A stretch of 63,002 nucleotides of DNA, counting the filler, from Octopus bimaculoides (taxonomy: Eukaryota): assembly GCF_001194135.2 (NCBI RefSeq). It is 3 parts of 3 records of this genome, joined end to end, with 100 filler letters (N's around TTAATTAATTAA, not from the genome) between each part and the next. Parts side by side here need not be neighbours in the genome. Positions count along the whole stretch, not along the records: positions 1 to 31,670 come from NC_068987.1; 2 more parts are not named here. The stretch is one strand, 5' to 3'. Position numbers and translations under genes: made by a program. Below the pieces are notes generated by a model that was given only the letters and a program-made list of their open reading frames with translations, ran no database searches and had not been told where the DNA came from. Of the stretch, positions 1 through 12,249 are shown piece by piece. Numbering within the stretch: the stretch's first letter is position 1; every line of letters starts with the position of its first letter.

Positions 1-36
<36 letters not shown>

Positions 37-40
<4 letters not shown>

Positions 41-817
41 GTCATCCCATAAATAATGTGTTTTTTTCAAATGCGTGAACTAAAAGTCAGAGGGGGACAG
101 GATAAACTACCTGTATCAGTTTGCTATAAAAGCAGGTACTAATTTTACCCTGTGCTTATGCTTAGTGCAAGTTTTGAAGAGTGTAGTTTGATTTTAACAT
201 TTATTCTTTCAAAGCATATTTTGCTTTATGAGTTCAATAAAGACAACAACACAATGGAAAGTGCAAGGAATATTAATGCAGTATATAAGGGATTGGACAA
301 TAAGCATAAGCCAGTGTCAACGGTGGTTCCAGAAATACTGAGCCAGAAACTACAGACTAGAAGACAAGTCTGGTATGGGAAGATCTGTAGAGCTCGACAA
401 GGATGTCCTGAAAACCCTGGTGGAACAAAAATCCCATTGTAACTGTTGAGGAACTAACAGAGAAGCTTGGATTTGGTCATTCAATTATTCATCAACACCT
501 GTATGTCATCGGAAAAGTCAGCAAATTGGGTCAATGGGTTCCTCACAAACTTTCCGACTCTAATTGCATGCAAAGAGTGAATGTGTGCTCTTCTTTGTTG
601 TCATGTCTCATGAACGAACCTTTTTTTTGGATTGAATAGTGACTGGTGATGAGAAATGGGTTCTCTATAAAAATGTCAAGCGCCGAAGACAGTAGGTAGG
701 GAAAGGAGAAACACCAGAACCTCAGGTTAAAGAAGGTCTTCACCCACATAAGGTGTTATCTGTTTGGTGGGATATGAAAGGTTTAGTCTACTTTGAACTT
801 TTAAACCCAAATCAAAT
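37..817 (+). mobile_element. Mariner-family DNA transposon, 5' portion, degraded (left TIR plus transposase N-terminus to first catalytic Asp)
   Basis: Starts after a TA run with TTGGGTCATCCCATAAATAATG (TIR-like). Translations give HILLYEFNKDNNTMESARNINAVYKG (HTH), QWVPHKL (WVPHEL motif, ~532-552), VTGDEKWVLYKNVKRR and LHPHKV...SVWWDMKGLVYFELL. Stops and frameshifts present; cut off at ~817 by a SINE tail. Confidence 0.9.
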
Positions 818-908
818 GGTGTAGCCATCTGGTTTCACCAGTCCTCAGTCAAATCGTCCAACCCATGCTAGCATAGAAAGCGGACGTTAAACGATGATGA
901 TGATGATA
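818..908 (+). mobile_element. 3' tail of SINE family C (ends CCAACCCATGCTAGCAT..GGACGTTAAACGATGATGAT)
   Basis: Near-identical to 6410-6495, 30820-30893, 57324-57420 (reverse) and 61870-61933. Confidence 0.8.
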
Positions 909-1061
909 NNNNNNNNNNNNNNNNNNNNNNNNNNNNNNNNNNNNNNNNNNNNNNNNNNNNNNNNNNNNNNNNNNNNNNNNNNNNNNNNNNNNNNNNNNNN
1001 NNNNNNNNNNNNNNNNNNNNNNNNNNNNNNNNNNNNNNNNNNNNNNNNNNNNNNNNNNNNN

Positions 1062-1114
<53 letters not shown>

Positions 1115-1129
1115 ATGTATGTATGTATG

Positions 1130-1400
1130 TATGTATATGTATGTATGTATATGTATGTATGTATATATTTGTGTGTTTGTGTCTGTGTTTGTCCCCCACC
1201 ACCACCATTGCTTGACAACCAATGTTGGTGTGTTTACATCCCTGTAACTTAGCAGTTTGGCAAAAGAGACCAATGGAATAAGTACTAGGCTTACAGAGAA
1301 TAAGTCTTGGGGTCAATTTATTCAACTAAAAACCCCTTAAGGTGATGCTCGAGCATAGCTGCAGTTAAATGACTGAAACATGTAAAAGAATAAAAGAATA
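1130..1400 (+). mobile_element. SINE family A, 3' half
   Basis: Matches 62130-62343 of the full-length copy (GTCCCC..TTGCTTGACAACC..GTAACTTAGC..AATAAGTACTAGG..GACTGAAACA.GTAAAAGA). Confidence 0.8.
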
Positions 1401-1421
1401 CACACACACACACACACACAC

Positions 1422-1432
1422 AGATAGATAGG

Positions 1433-1500
<68 letters not shown>
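1422..1500. repeat. (GATA)n tetranucleotide microsatellite following a (CA)n run
   Basis: Directly visible. Confidence 0.95.
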
Positions 1501-2099
1501 CAGAAGCTGACTGCCTTGTTAACTTATACCTAGTCATAATTGGATATGTATTAACATTCCATTTGTATTTTATCTCTAGTACATCATTAATAGTTAATTA
1601 CATAACATAATTAGGCACCACTTGATGCTAAATGCCACTATTGACACTGTAATTAGATGAACATTAGCCTGAAAGTTTTTTCTCCTATTTAATTTAACAT
1701 TTTTATCACCCAACAACCCTAAAATTACATATAGACATATATATTATAAAGAAGGTGGAGGTGGTGATAATGGTGGTGGTGGTGGTGGTGGTAGTGGCTG
1801 GTGATGACAAAGAAGAAGAGTAGGAGGAGAAAGGGAGTGTGTGTTCAAGTCCTTTAAAGCATTTCTAGAATGTAGACTAACAGTTGAATTGAGTCATATT
1901 GTAGGTTTATCAAAGGGGTAAAATGTTTCTATCCCATCAGCAACACTGTACTACAGTTGAGGTCAATACTTTTAATACCCTCTCAATAGCTTCATTTTAG
2001 TGTAAATTAATAGGATAGAGTTACAGTTTATTACTGTACACAGTGAAAGCATTACATAAACATTAGGCTCCTTGTTAGTTTACAGAACTAAAATAAAGT

Positions 2100-2560
2100 T
2101 CTCTTCTGAACATAACTGACTCGTCAGCTTGTCCAGAGACATGCAATAAGACAACTACCTTCCATTGGCCACTTATATCTTGAAACATCTTGCTTCTCTG
2201 AACATCAGCACACTAAAGTTTTGACATCTAGCAGGTGACTTAGTTGAAACCCACAAGACAATCGACTATCTTTCCAACAAAATCTTTGGTCATCTTTTTG
2301 AACTCAATAACTCTACCACTCATGGAAATACTTATAAAATAATAATAAAAACTGCACAGCACCTTCAGCAACGTTTTTTCATGTTTAAAATTGTTGAAGC
2401 ATGGAATAAACTATGCAGTTCAGTTGTTAGCTATCAGGATACTGCATCTTTTAAAAATTCCATACTTCTTGAAATTCACCATGACTACTCCAGACATACT
2501 TATGTACTCTTTTCTCTTTATATGACTCTTTTACCTTTCATTTTCCTGTCTTTTTGTCTT
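2100..2560 (+). mobile_element. CR1-clade LINE 3' fragment, degraded
   Basis: Translates to GDLVETHK..., HLFELNNSTTHGNTYKI and FFMFKIVEAWNKL..SVVS..DTASFK, resembling the CR1 ORF2 C-terminal pattern (GDL...TRGH..KL...FF..RVV..WN.L...VV....FK). Confidence 0.65.
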
Positions 2561-2630
2561 TTATTTTGTGTATAATGCACAAGCCTTTTCTGATGAGTTA
2601 TAGTGTACCTAAGCACTATATACAATGAGG

Positions 2631-3009
2631 TAACATCCACTCTCACCAAAACATGGATGTTCTGTTAGAACAAGCTTCACTGCAGTAGTTACTATGAGAG
2701 AAACTCTCATATAGGCCGTTGGTGCAAAATGCATGCTTGTTCATATCGCTAGCAGGGAGATAAATCCACACAAACCCAGCGATGAGACAACCAGATCATG
2801 CAACCTTGACCCTTCCTGGTCTCATTGGTGATGGACACTCTGGTGATCCAGTGGTCTTAACACTGGGGTTGGTGGGGATTTATCTCTCCTCTAGCAAAAT
2901 GGACAAGAATGCATTTTGCACCAAGGGCCTATATGAGAGTTTCTCTCATGGTAACTACTGCGGTGAAGTTGGTTCTAATAGAACATCCATATTTGGGTGG
3001 GAGATGTTA
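2631..3009. repeat. Long foldback (MITE-like), ~150-bp arms with ~80-bp loop
   Basis: 2641-2781 aligns gaplessly with the reverse complement of 2861-3002 (e.g. ATGAGAGAAACTCTCATATAGGCC.TTGGTGCAAAATGCAT) at roughly 85% identity by eye. Confidence 0.9.
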
Positions 3010-3379
3010 ATACTGCCATTTATTGTATACAATATCCTCGTTATCATTATCATTATAAATGGGTAAAAGAGAAAGTTATTTTAGTGATGTCATCAACAGC
3101 CAACCCCAATAAGGGAGCACCATTGTCAGAGTTGAAAGTAGAGATAAGCAAGTGGTGTTAGTTATTATAGATTAATTTGAACTGTTGCAAATTAATTAAT
3201 ATATAGAAGAAAAACATGAAGAGGGGGATGTTAAAGAGATGCAATCAAAAGAAAGATAGATTGATATCAATCTTTGGCATGAGGCAAGGAAGATGAGATA
3301 GACAAAGGGATACAAGAATAGCAAGAGTGGATTCTCTGAATGTATTTAGATTTTGAGAAATTTGCAGTTAGCATAGAAT

Positions 3380-3424
<45 letters not shown>

Positions 3425-3879
3425 GGAAGAGGGAGTGTGGAGAGAGAGAGACAGAGACAGAGAGAGATGAAAATGGAATAATGACTTGAAGGTGTTGAGT
3501 ATTAGCAACTGAAATCTGTAAAGCAGGCAACACATTTTCTTGGTTGTAGCTTAACAATGCACATGTGTGAAGCTGGGTGCATCATCCTCAATGTATGAAC
3601 ATTAATGTAGAATATATTTGTGCTGTTTAAAGCACCAAAACAGCAGAAGCATTTATTCTCTGATTCCCAAGAGTAGACAAAACACCCCCCACAAAACACC
3701 TTAGTCTTTGTGAGGCAGACTTAGATATGTGAAAGGTAAAGATAGGTGTTGCACATGTGTAATAGTTTATAACTGTGTCATTTCTATGGAATGAATGTAA
3801 TGTTGAGGGTTAGGGTTGGAGAAAAGTTTTTGACTATTCTTGCTACCAGGTTGAGCAAATGTGGCTCAATATCTTTTAT

Positions 3880-4265
3880 CTCTTACTTGTTTCAGTCATT
3901 AGACTGTGGCCATGCTGGGGCACCACTTGAAGGATTTAGTGAAACAGATCAACTCCAGTATTTACTTTTTTCTAAGCTTGGTACTTATTCTATTGGTTTC
4001 TTTTTGCCAAGCCATTAAGTTACAGGGATGCAAACAAACCAACACTGGTTGTCAAGCAGAAGTGGGAGGCAAACACAAAGACACACACACATATACACAC
4101 ATATATATGCGACAGGCTTCTTTCGGCTTCTATCTACAAATTCACTCACAAGGCTTTGGTCAACCTGAGGTTGCAGTAGAAAACACTTGTTCAAGGTGCT
4201 ATGCAGTGGTACTGAACCTGGAACCATGTGGTTGAGAAGCAAACTACTTACCACACATCCACACC
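3880..4265 (-). mobile_element. SINE family A, near full length, reverse orientation
   Basis: Reverse complement matches 61943-62343, including the tRNA-like head (GTGTGGTAAGTAGTTTGCTTCTCAACCACATGGTTCCAGGTTCAGTACC). Confidence 0.85.
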
Positions 4266-4531
4266 TACACCTATAATGAAATTATTTGCAGGATGTATAG
4301 TAAACGTTTTTTTTTCTTTTTACTTGGAAGATGGGGTTGTGCCAATGTCTTTTGCTGGATCTTCCAGACTGATGTGATTAAAAAAAGGAGAATAGGAGAA
4401 ACAAGGACAGTGTGTACATGAATTGGTAAGACAAGGTACATATAGAGACATATGAACATATACGCACTGGCCTACTGGCTCATGACTGTTGCATTCAGAC
4501 ACAATTATTTCATGAGTCTTTTGTATATTAG

Positions 4532-4569
<38 letters not shown>

Positions 4570-4639
4570 GTGATACACATACATATGTGCTCATACACAT
4601 GTACCTACAGCACAATCATCCATCAACACACACAAACAT

Positions 4640-4684
<45 letters not shown>

Positions 4685-4736
4685 CACGTCCACAACCCTC
4701 CACCCTAAACACACACACCAAACCAACAGACCTTAC

Positions 4737-4888
4737 CTTTTCACAAGCAAATTAATCTCATTTGCTGATCGAATAATTTCCATTTTAGCCTGCTCATGAG
4801 TGAGGTGGTCTGTAGTTGTGTTGTTTATCCTCAAGATACCATCACCAGCCTTAGCCCCAGCACAATCTGCAATGCTACCAGGTTGTAC
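4737..4888 (-). CDS. Internal coding exon encoding the C-terminal two-thirds of a PDZ domain; PDLIM/Zasp (ALP/Enigma)-type PDZ protein
   Basis: Acceptor TTTCAG|GTACAA (AG at 4890-4889) and donor GTGAAAAG|GTAAGG (GT at 4736-4735). 152 nt, phase 0 to 2, no stops: VQPGSIADCAGAKAGDGILRINNTTTDHLTHEQAKMEIIRSANEINLLVK(R). Has PDZ hallmarks (PGS.A...G...GD.IL.IN......THE.A...I.......L.V.R). Length and phases fit the second PDZ exon of PDLIM genes as recalled. The preceding PWGFRL exon was not found in called bases. Confidence 0.88.
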
Positions 4889-5102
4889 CTGAAANNNNNN
4901 NNNNNNNNNNNNNNNNNNNNNNNNNNNNNNNNNNNNNNNNNNNNNNNNNNNNNNNNNNNNNNNNNNNNNNTAGAGATGTCTATATTTGCAATAGATGAAC
5001 ATCCTATACAATAGAGCAGGGTGGCCCCAAAGTGTAGCACATGGGACAGTTTCTTTTACCATAGCCCCAAGCCAACCAAAGCCTTATGAGTATATTTGGT
5101 AG

Positions 5103-5166
<64 letters not shown>

Positions 5167-5961
5167 TTGGTGATATGTAAATGAATGTCACCTTCATTAA
5201 AGTGGTATTTGTTTCCAGTTTTCTATAAAAACATGTCTGGTCATGAGAAAATATTACCTTGTTTGGAAACTTGTGAGTGTTAGTGGCAGGAAGAGCACTT
5301 AATCATAGAAAATCTGGATGTTCATATCGTATAGTTGTGTATAATATTTACTTATATAGTTATATATTATATGAGACTTAAAGAGTCATATACATGAAAT
5401 TTGTCCCAAAAGTGAAAAGTTAACATACACAAAAACATAATTCCTAAAGAATGCAAAGTTATCATGAGACAAGATCCAAAATCACTTAAATAAACAACTT
5501 AAACGAGACACAATGGAATCTCAGGTAAATTTTAAGAATTTTAGAAAATAAAATTGCAACACAATTTTTCTTTAAATATTGCCAATGTCCACGTTCTTTC
5601 TTCTACCCTAATTTTCTTGTGTTTGCAACAGTTCATCTGCTTTGTTTTTCATTGATTTCAACATATTTCTCAGCATCTATCAACTCATTTCTTAACATCT
5701 CTTTCTATGTATACGCACTAATTCAATTGACTTGGGTATTACTACTAACTTTAACCAAACGGTACCTCCTATCATCTATTTCCTCCATTTTTCCATTTTC
5801 TCATTCCTTACATTCTACAGTCTCAGTATTTTGTGTGGATTTCTTGTCTATAATAATATTTGTTGGGTAACAATGATGAGGCAGAGAAGGAAAAAGATGA
5901 GGGTTGAATCTCCTCATTTACTGATGGTGGACAACTGCTATAAAAAAAATTTCCAATTTAA

Positions 5962-6173
5962 CCCTTCAGTGTTCATATAATTCAAATGTAGTGCTTATTC
6001 CCATTCTTTTGAATTAATCATGCATTATCTTGTAGCTTTGAGATTTTGATGACATGATTGTTTATTCTTTGAATGACATTGTAGGGTAGGTGTGACAGGC
6101 CAGATCTGGCCAGTTTGAATATACAACAAGTAGAATATTTTGGCCAGATATGACCAGTTTAAATGCTAAAAGG
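5962..6173. mobile_element. piggyBac-like MITE (family M1), TTAA-flanked
   Basis: TTAA|CCCTTCAGTGTTCA...AAATGCTAAAAGG|TTAA: TTAA on both sides, imperfect terminal inverted repeats, second copy at ~28120-28328. Confidence 0.7.
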
Positions 6174-6224
6174 TTAATATCATCTGATTTTCAATTGACA
6201 AGGATTTTTGAGCAAGATCGTTGC

Positions 6225-6495
6225 CAGTGCCACTGGACTGGCTCTTGTGTGGGTGGCACATAAAATACACCATTTTGAGCGTGGCCGTTGCCAGTACCGC
6301 CTGACTGGCCTTCGTGCGGGTAACACGTAAAAGCACCCACTACACACTCTGAGTGGTTGGCGTTAGGAAGGGCATCCAGCTGTAGAAACTCTGCCAAATC
6401 AGATTGGAGCCTGGTGTTGCCATCCGGTTTCACCAGTCCTCAGTCAAATCGTCCAACCCATGCTAGCATGGAAAGTGGACGTTAAACGATGATGA
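6225..6495 (+). mobile_element. SINE family C copy
   Basis: Shares GCACCCACTACACACTCTGAGTGGTTGGCGTTAGGAAGGGCATCCAGCTGTAGAAAC and the (GAT)n tail with copies at 30676-30893, 61590-61933 and 24900-25130 (reverse). Confidence 0.8.
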
Positions 6496-6913
6496 ATATG
6501 TGCTGGTAGAGAATTTTAGATAATTAACTCCTTTAATATCAACCTGCCTGAGACTGCCCCAGGTTCTATGAGACAAACTTTCTCTTTTGAAGTCACATGT
6601 AGTGTGTAGTACGTTATCTTTAATCAAGATGACTGAAAAAAGGCCACCAAGTGGAAGTTAAGGTATAAGTGTAAAAAGGGGTCATAAAGGGATGACCCCA
6701 CTACATAGAGAAATTATGTAGAAGGTTAAACTTGATGTTATATAAGGGTGTGATGAGTGAGAAAAATTCAGCCATATCGCAGTTGACAAAGGCAAACAAG
6801 CTGGAACATCTACGATGCAGCTTACTTTTCCTCGTAAAAGTTAATATGTACTCTGCTAAAAAGCATTCAATAAGCTTTCAGTTTAATGTTAAATTATTTT
6901 TATATATAACTTG

Positions 6914-6958
<45 letters not shown>

Positions 6959-7382
6959 AGGTTGAAAAGGAACACACGAGTTGATATGTATAAGAAAAAT
7001 AAGACAAAGTAGAAAATGCTAAAATAATTTTATCACAAAGAACATTTTAGTACTGGTTTCAGTCATTGCGACTTTTTCAACTTAGAGTAAAGTATGAAGA
7101 ACAATTAAATTGTGGAAAAGTTAAATGAAACGCTTTTTAAAAAAATTACTTCCATAGTTTTTCAAATGCAAGGGACATTTTCCCTTTTTCTGTCTGTTGC
7201 TCTTGAAAAAGTCACAATGACTGGAACCAGTACTAAAATNNNNNNNNNNNNNNNNNNNNNNNNNNNNNNNNNNNNNNNNNNNNNNNNNNNNNNNNNNNNN
7301 NNNNNNNNNNNNNNNNNNNNNNNNNNNNNNNNNNNNNNNNNNNNNNNNNNNNNNNNNNNNNNNNNNNNNNNNNNNNNNNNNN

Positions 7383-7439
<57 letters not shown>

Positions 7440-8759
7440 CATACATACACACACACACACCTACATACACACATATATATGTCTACATGTATACTTGAAT
7501 ATAAATGTAGGTATTTATATATGTAGGTACACTCATGTGTATACACACATTCAAATGCTGTGAAGAACAGATTTCCAGAAAGGAAATTCAATTGGCAGGA
7601 AAAGTGCACAAAAAAGAAAATGACAAAAATAATAAAAAATAAATACTACAAACTCAATATTGTTTAGTTCATTAAAAAGAAAAATTATCAATCTTGTGTT
7701 TATTTTTGACTGCAAAAAAAAAAAAGAAAGAAAAGTACAGAAATTAATGACAATCACCCCTTCCCCACATCTCAATAGCACTATTACTTTTAATATCCTC
7801 ACCACCACCGCTATCATCAGAATTATTGCTAATATTCCTACCACCCATCACCACCATCGCCACCTTCTAATACTGCTGTCATTAACACCACCAACACCAC
7901 CATCACCTCTGCCAAGGCCAATATCACCCCACTTGTTTCTGCTTCTCCTATGAAGGAAGCAGCTGGCAAACCTCTTGAAGGATGATAGGATAGGTAGCTG
8001 CCAATACAAAGTAAACGGGTTTTTTACTGTAATTTAGTTGAAGACATCATAGTCTCTAGAAAATGTTTATCTATAAATAACTGGAATTTGGTTACTGGAA
8101 GTGGTGTAGAAAAAGAGGAAGGAAGTTGGTGAAAAATAATTCGCAAATGTTTGGTTGCTAGAAACCAAATAATTGGAATAAACTGAACTGCTAAAGGAGA
8201 GGGGGGAAATTTATTTTCTACACGATATCACTGTTACGTAAAAGTTAGTGAATAAGCGTCAGTGATGTACATATGTACAAATACATAGAATAAGGGAACA
8301 GAAACATATACACATACATATGCATAGATGCATATTTATTTGTGCATGTAAATATATTGTTGATGATATGGTATTTAAGATAATATGACAATGAAACAAA
8401 GTAATCATTAATACATTATCCACAGTTATATAACATCAACAGCATCATCAACATTATCTGTTTTTTCGTAATCAACCTAACTCATAGCACATCAGCCAAA
8501 TAAGTTAGGTAACTTTAGGTGGCTCAGCCTTCTCTCTGCATTCCAGTCCCCTGGCTCCACTCCCACACATAGCTTTCTGTCTGTTAATGAAATCTACTTC
8601 CTTCTTCAGTAATTTCTAGGAGATCTTGCTTGAGATTTGGGATTTGATGAGATCTGAGTTGCTAATGATACAACTGAATGTTATGTCTCTCTCCTATTGC
8701 TTCACCATATTTCTTTCAATCTATACTGCATTTGATTCAATTAATTTCAGAAGTGTTCT

Positions 8760-9360
8760 TTTATTCTTTTACTTGCTTCTGTCATTTGAATGCAGCCTTG
8801 CTGGAGCACCTCCTTGAAGAGTTTTTAGTTGAACAAATCAACCCCAGGACTTAATTTTTGCAAGCCTAGTACTTATTCGATTGATCTCTTTGGCCCGACT
8901 GCTAAGTTATGGGGACATGAACACACCAACACCAGTTGTCAAACGGTGATGGGGGAATAAACACATACACAAACGCACACATATATATATATACAACAGG
9001 CTTCTTTCAGTCTCTTATTTCTTTATTGCCCACAAGGAGGTACACACAGAGGGGACAAACAAGGACAGACAAACGGATTAAGTCGATTATATCGACCCCA
9101 GTGCGTAACTGGTACTTATTTAATCGACTCCGAAAGGATGAAAGGCAAAGTCGACCTCGGTGGAATTTGAACTCAGAACGTAGCGGCAGACGAAATACCG
9201 CTAAGTATTTCGCCTGGCGTGCTAACATTTCTGCCAGCTCGCCGCCTTACTTTCAGTTTCTGTTGGCTTCTTTCGGCTTCTTTCAGTTTCTGTCTACCAA
9301 ATCCACTCACAAGGCTTTGGTTGACCCAAGGCTACAGTAGAAGACACTTACCGAAGGTGC
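8760..9360 (-). mobile_element. SINE family A split by a younger SINE-B insertion
   Basis: Family A 3' half at 8760-9014 and 5' part at 9250-9360 flank the insert; CTTTCAGT occurs on both sides of it. Confidence 0.8.
9015..9246 (-). mobile_element. SINE family B (tRNA-like head plus Nin/Deu-like central domain), full length, CpG-rich and so probably young
   Basis: Reverse complement reads GGCGGCGAGCTGGCAGAAATGTTAGCACGCCAGGCGAAATACTTAGCGG...GTTCTGAGTTCAAATTCCACCGAGGTCGACTTTGCCTTTCATCCTTTCGGAGTCGATTAAATAAGTACCAGTT. Homologues at 12700-13110, 17030-17200, 27590-27980, 29800-29990 and 57450-58230. Confidence 0.85.
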
Positions 9361-11280
9361 CGAATTTAATTAAATAACTCTGACATTATTAAGCTGGAGT
9401 TTGGAAAATAATTCAACATGAAATTTTTGAAGGGAGGTTTTAATTTACATCACTTTAAAAGAAGAAGCTTGGATCATAGAACCAGGGGTGGTCTCAGGCA
9501 AACTGATATTACAATTCTCTACAAGTACAGATAGCCAAACAAAGATCAGACAATATGAAACTAGAAATTCGTTGTGAATAACAATTATCTACCATCAGTT
9601 AATGATGAGATTCAAATCTCACCTCTTTCCTTCTCTACCTCATCATCATTATTGTTATCATTGCTCTTACCATGCATCTAAACATATTTTTAATACAGTC
9701 ATTGGTTAAATGAGCTTAGAACTTAGCAACTTGGTACTGGTACCACAAGTAAAAGCATCCAGTATACTCTGTAATGTTGCTGATGTTAAGAAGTGAATCC
9801 ATCTGTAGAAACCATACTATGGCAGACATTGGAGTACAATGCAGTTCTCAGATCCATCAGATCCTGTCAACTCAGCCAACCCATGCCAGCATGGAAGCCA
9901 GATATTAAAAGAGGATGATGATGATGATGATGTGGTCGAAAGTGGTGGTGGTGATGGTGATGATGATAATGATGATAATATTAGAGCATTGGGAAAAAAT
10001 CCTGTGCAGTATGTGTTACAGCTCTATTCTCATTCTAAATTCAAATCCCACTGTGGCCAACCTTACTTTTCATCTCTTCGGGGTCAATAAAATAAAGTAA
10101 AAATCAAATACGGGGGTCAATAGTATCAACTGACTCCCTCCCCTGAAAACTGCTGACCTTATTTGTAAATTGGGAACATTTATTTTATCTATGAGACTCA
10201 CCTTATTCCAAGCTGCAAGGACATCTTTAGTGTTGCCCTAACAGCCATATTATCTATCATTTGTTTTAATAAAACTAATGCAGTTGCTTCTTCCTCATGT
10301 AAGCATTAAGTCAGTCATTATCAATCATTTTTGGTCATGGCTCCCTTCGGAACTCTTCTCAGGTTCCTAAGGATCCCCTGTGAATTTCTTCCACTGACCT
10401 CACTAATACAACACAAACTAGTAGACAGTATCTCACTTCCTTAAAGTGAGCAAAGGTCTCCAAGAGGGCCTTATGACTCCCATTGAGAACAACTGTATTA
10501 TGCAATGCCTTGAATATATTCTAAACCTATCTTTAACAGTTCTCATCCTTTAAAAATTCAATTATTTGATGCCAACCTGTTTTAAAGAGTTTGTATTTAA
10601 ATTTATGAAAAAAACTTCTGTTAAGTTATGTTTCAAACATGACTTTAATAATGAAAAATTGCTATTTTACAAAATCTTTCAAAATTCTTGGTTATTTTAA
10701 AAATTAAATGAAACAAATATTTAGTTTATTTCATTAGAATTTAGTCACAAAATTGTTTAATGTAATATATTCCTAATACACCCAGGCACATACATACCTA
10801 TCATACCATTCTAGAGCAGAATTAAAACCCTAAAAGTAACAAAGAAGCACAAACATGTTATCATTACCACTGATTGTAGTATGATGTTGATGAATGTATC
10901 AATTTGGCGGGGTTTGGGAGCCCAGTACTCCTAACTCAACAGCTCCTTAGTTATCTTCTACAATTCAGAGTAATCATATATATGATTATGGAGACCAAAG
11001 TCTGATGCCAACAAACAAAAGAAGACAAGGAATTAAATGCCATTCATCAGGAAAGGCCAGATACAGCTTTGTGGTGTTCTTTTCTACATATAAGTTTTCG
11101 AAATATCTCTAATAATTATCATCAAATTTTTCTACTTTCCCTGGAGTATCCACCTTTACTATTTTCAGCAAGTTCTTCAAATTACCAAAATTCAAGAACT
11201 ATACCAACATTAAAACTATCTTGGAGAAGAAACTTTTCTTTAGCAACACTGGCTGCAACTACAATTTGCTGACCATAGTA

Positions 11281-11399
11281 CCTCCAAAGTTTTTGTGCCT
11301 CCAAAGCTATTGTACCTCCAAAGCTATTGCACCTCCAAAGCTATTGCGCCTCCAAAGTTATTGCACCTCTAAAGCTATTGTACTTCCAGAGCTATTGTA
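11281..11399. repeat. 17-bp minisatellite, 7 copies, consensus CCTCCAAAGCTATTGYA
   Basis: Units start at 11281, 11298, 11315, 11332, 11349, 11366 and 11383. Confidence 0.95.
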
Positions 11400-11957
11400 T
11401 GTGCAAAGCTACAATGCATCCTGTTGAAACATGACAATTAGAACTAAGTGCATCAAGGATTTCCTTGACATAGAAAGTTGCTGGTTGTTTTAATGAATTC
11501 GAGTACATTCATGTAGTATTCTTTCATTAGATTATATTCAAACAGTTGGTTCTTGCAAACAGAATTGGTAGAATATATTGCAATAAATTCTTCTGTCTAA
11601 ACATACATTTTCAAACATTTCAAATTACATTTTCACAGACATGAGAAGCAAAAGTTACAGGTAGGGGAATGTTCTAAACTAGCAAATAAACCAATTAACA
11701 AGAAAAGCTATGTTATGTGAGTGGGTGAATGTTCGCTGGAGGAGGCATTTAGCCTGATCATATTTCCCCACTGGCTTGGAGAACAAGAAAGGAAAAGATA
11801 TACATGTGTGTGTGTGTGTATGTGAGCATGCGTATGTATGTGCATATATGTAATATATATATATACATATACACATGCATGCAAGTATAATATAAACAAG
11901 CACATACAAGGATGTGTGTAAATGTATGTGTGTGCATATATATAAATATATGTGTTT

Positions 11958-12008
<51 letters not shown>

Positions 12009-12140
12009 CAGATAAAGAGAGAAATAAACAGACATGCAGATATATATGTAAATATATACACACACATACATATACATGTATGTATGCATATATGTATGAA
12101 CTAATCCTTCTCTCTCTCTCTCTCTCTCTGTATATGTATG

Positions 12141-12179
<39 letters not shown>

Positions 12180-12189
12180 NNNNNNNNNN

Positions 12190-12249
<60 letters not shown>

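Noticed and set aside
11221-11427. ORF with repeated PPKLL/SYCTS units
   Set aside because: Produced by a 17-bp repeat cycling through frames; no splice or homology support.
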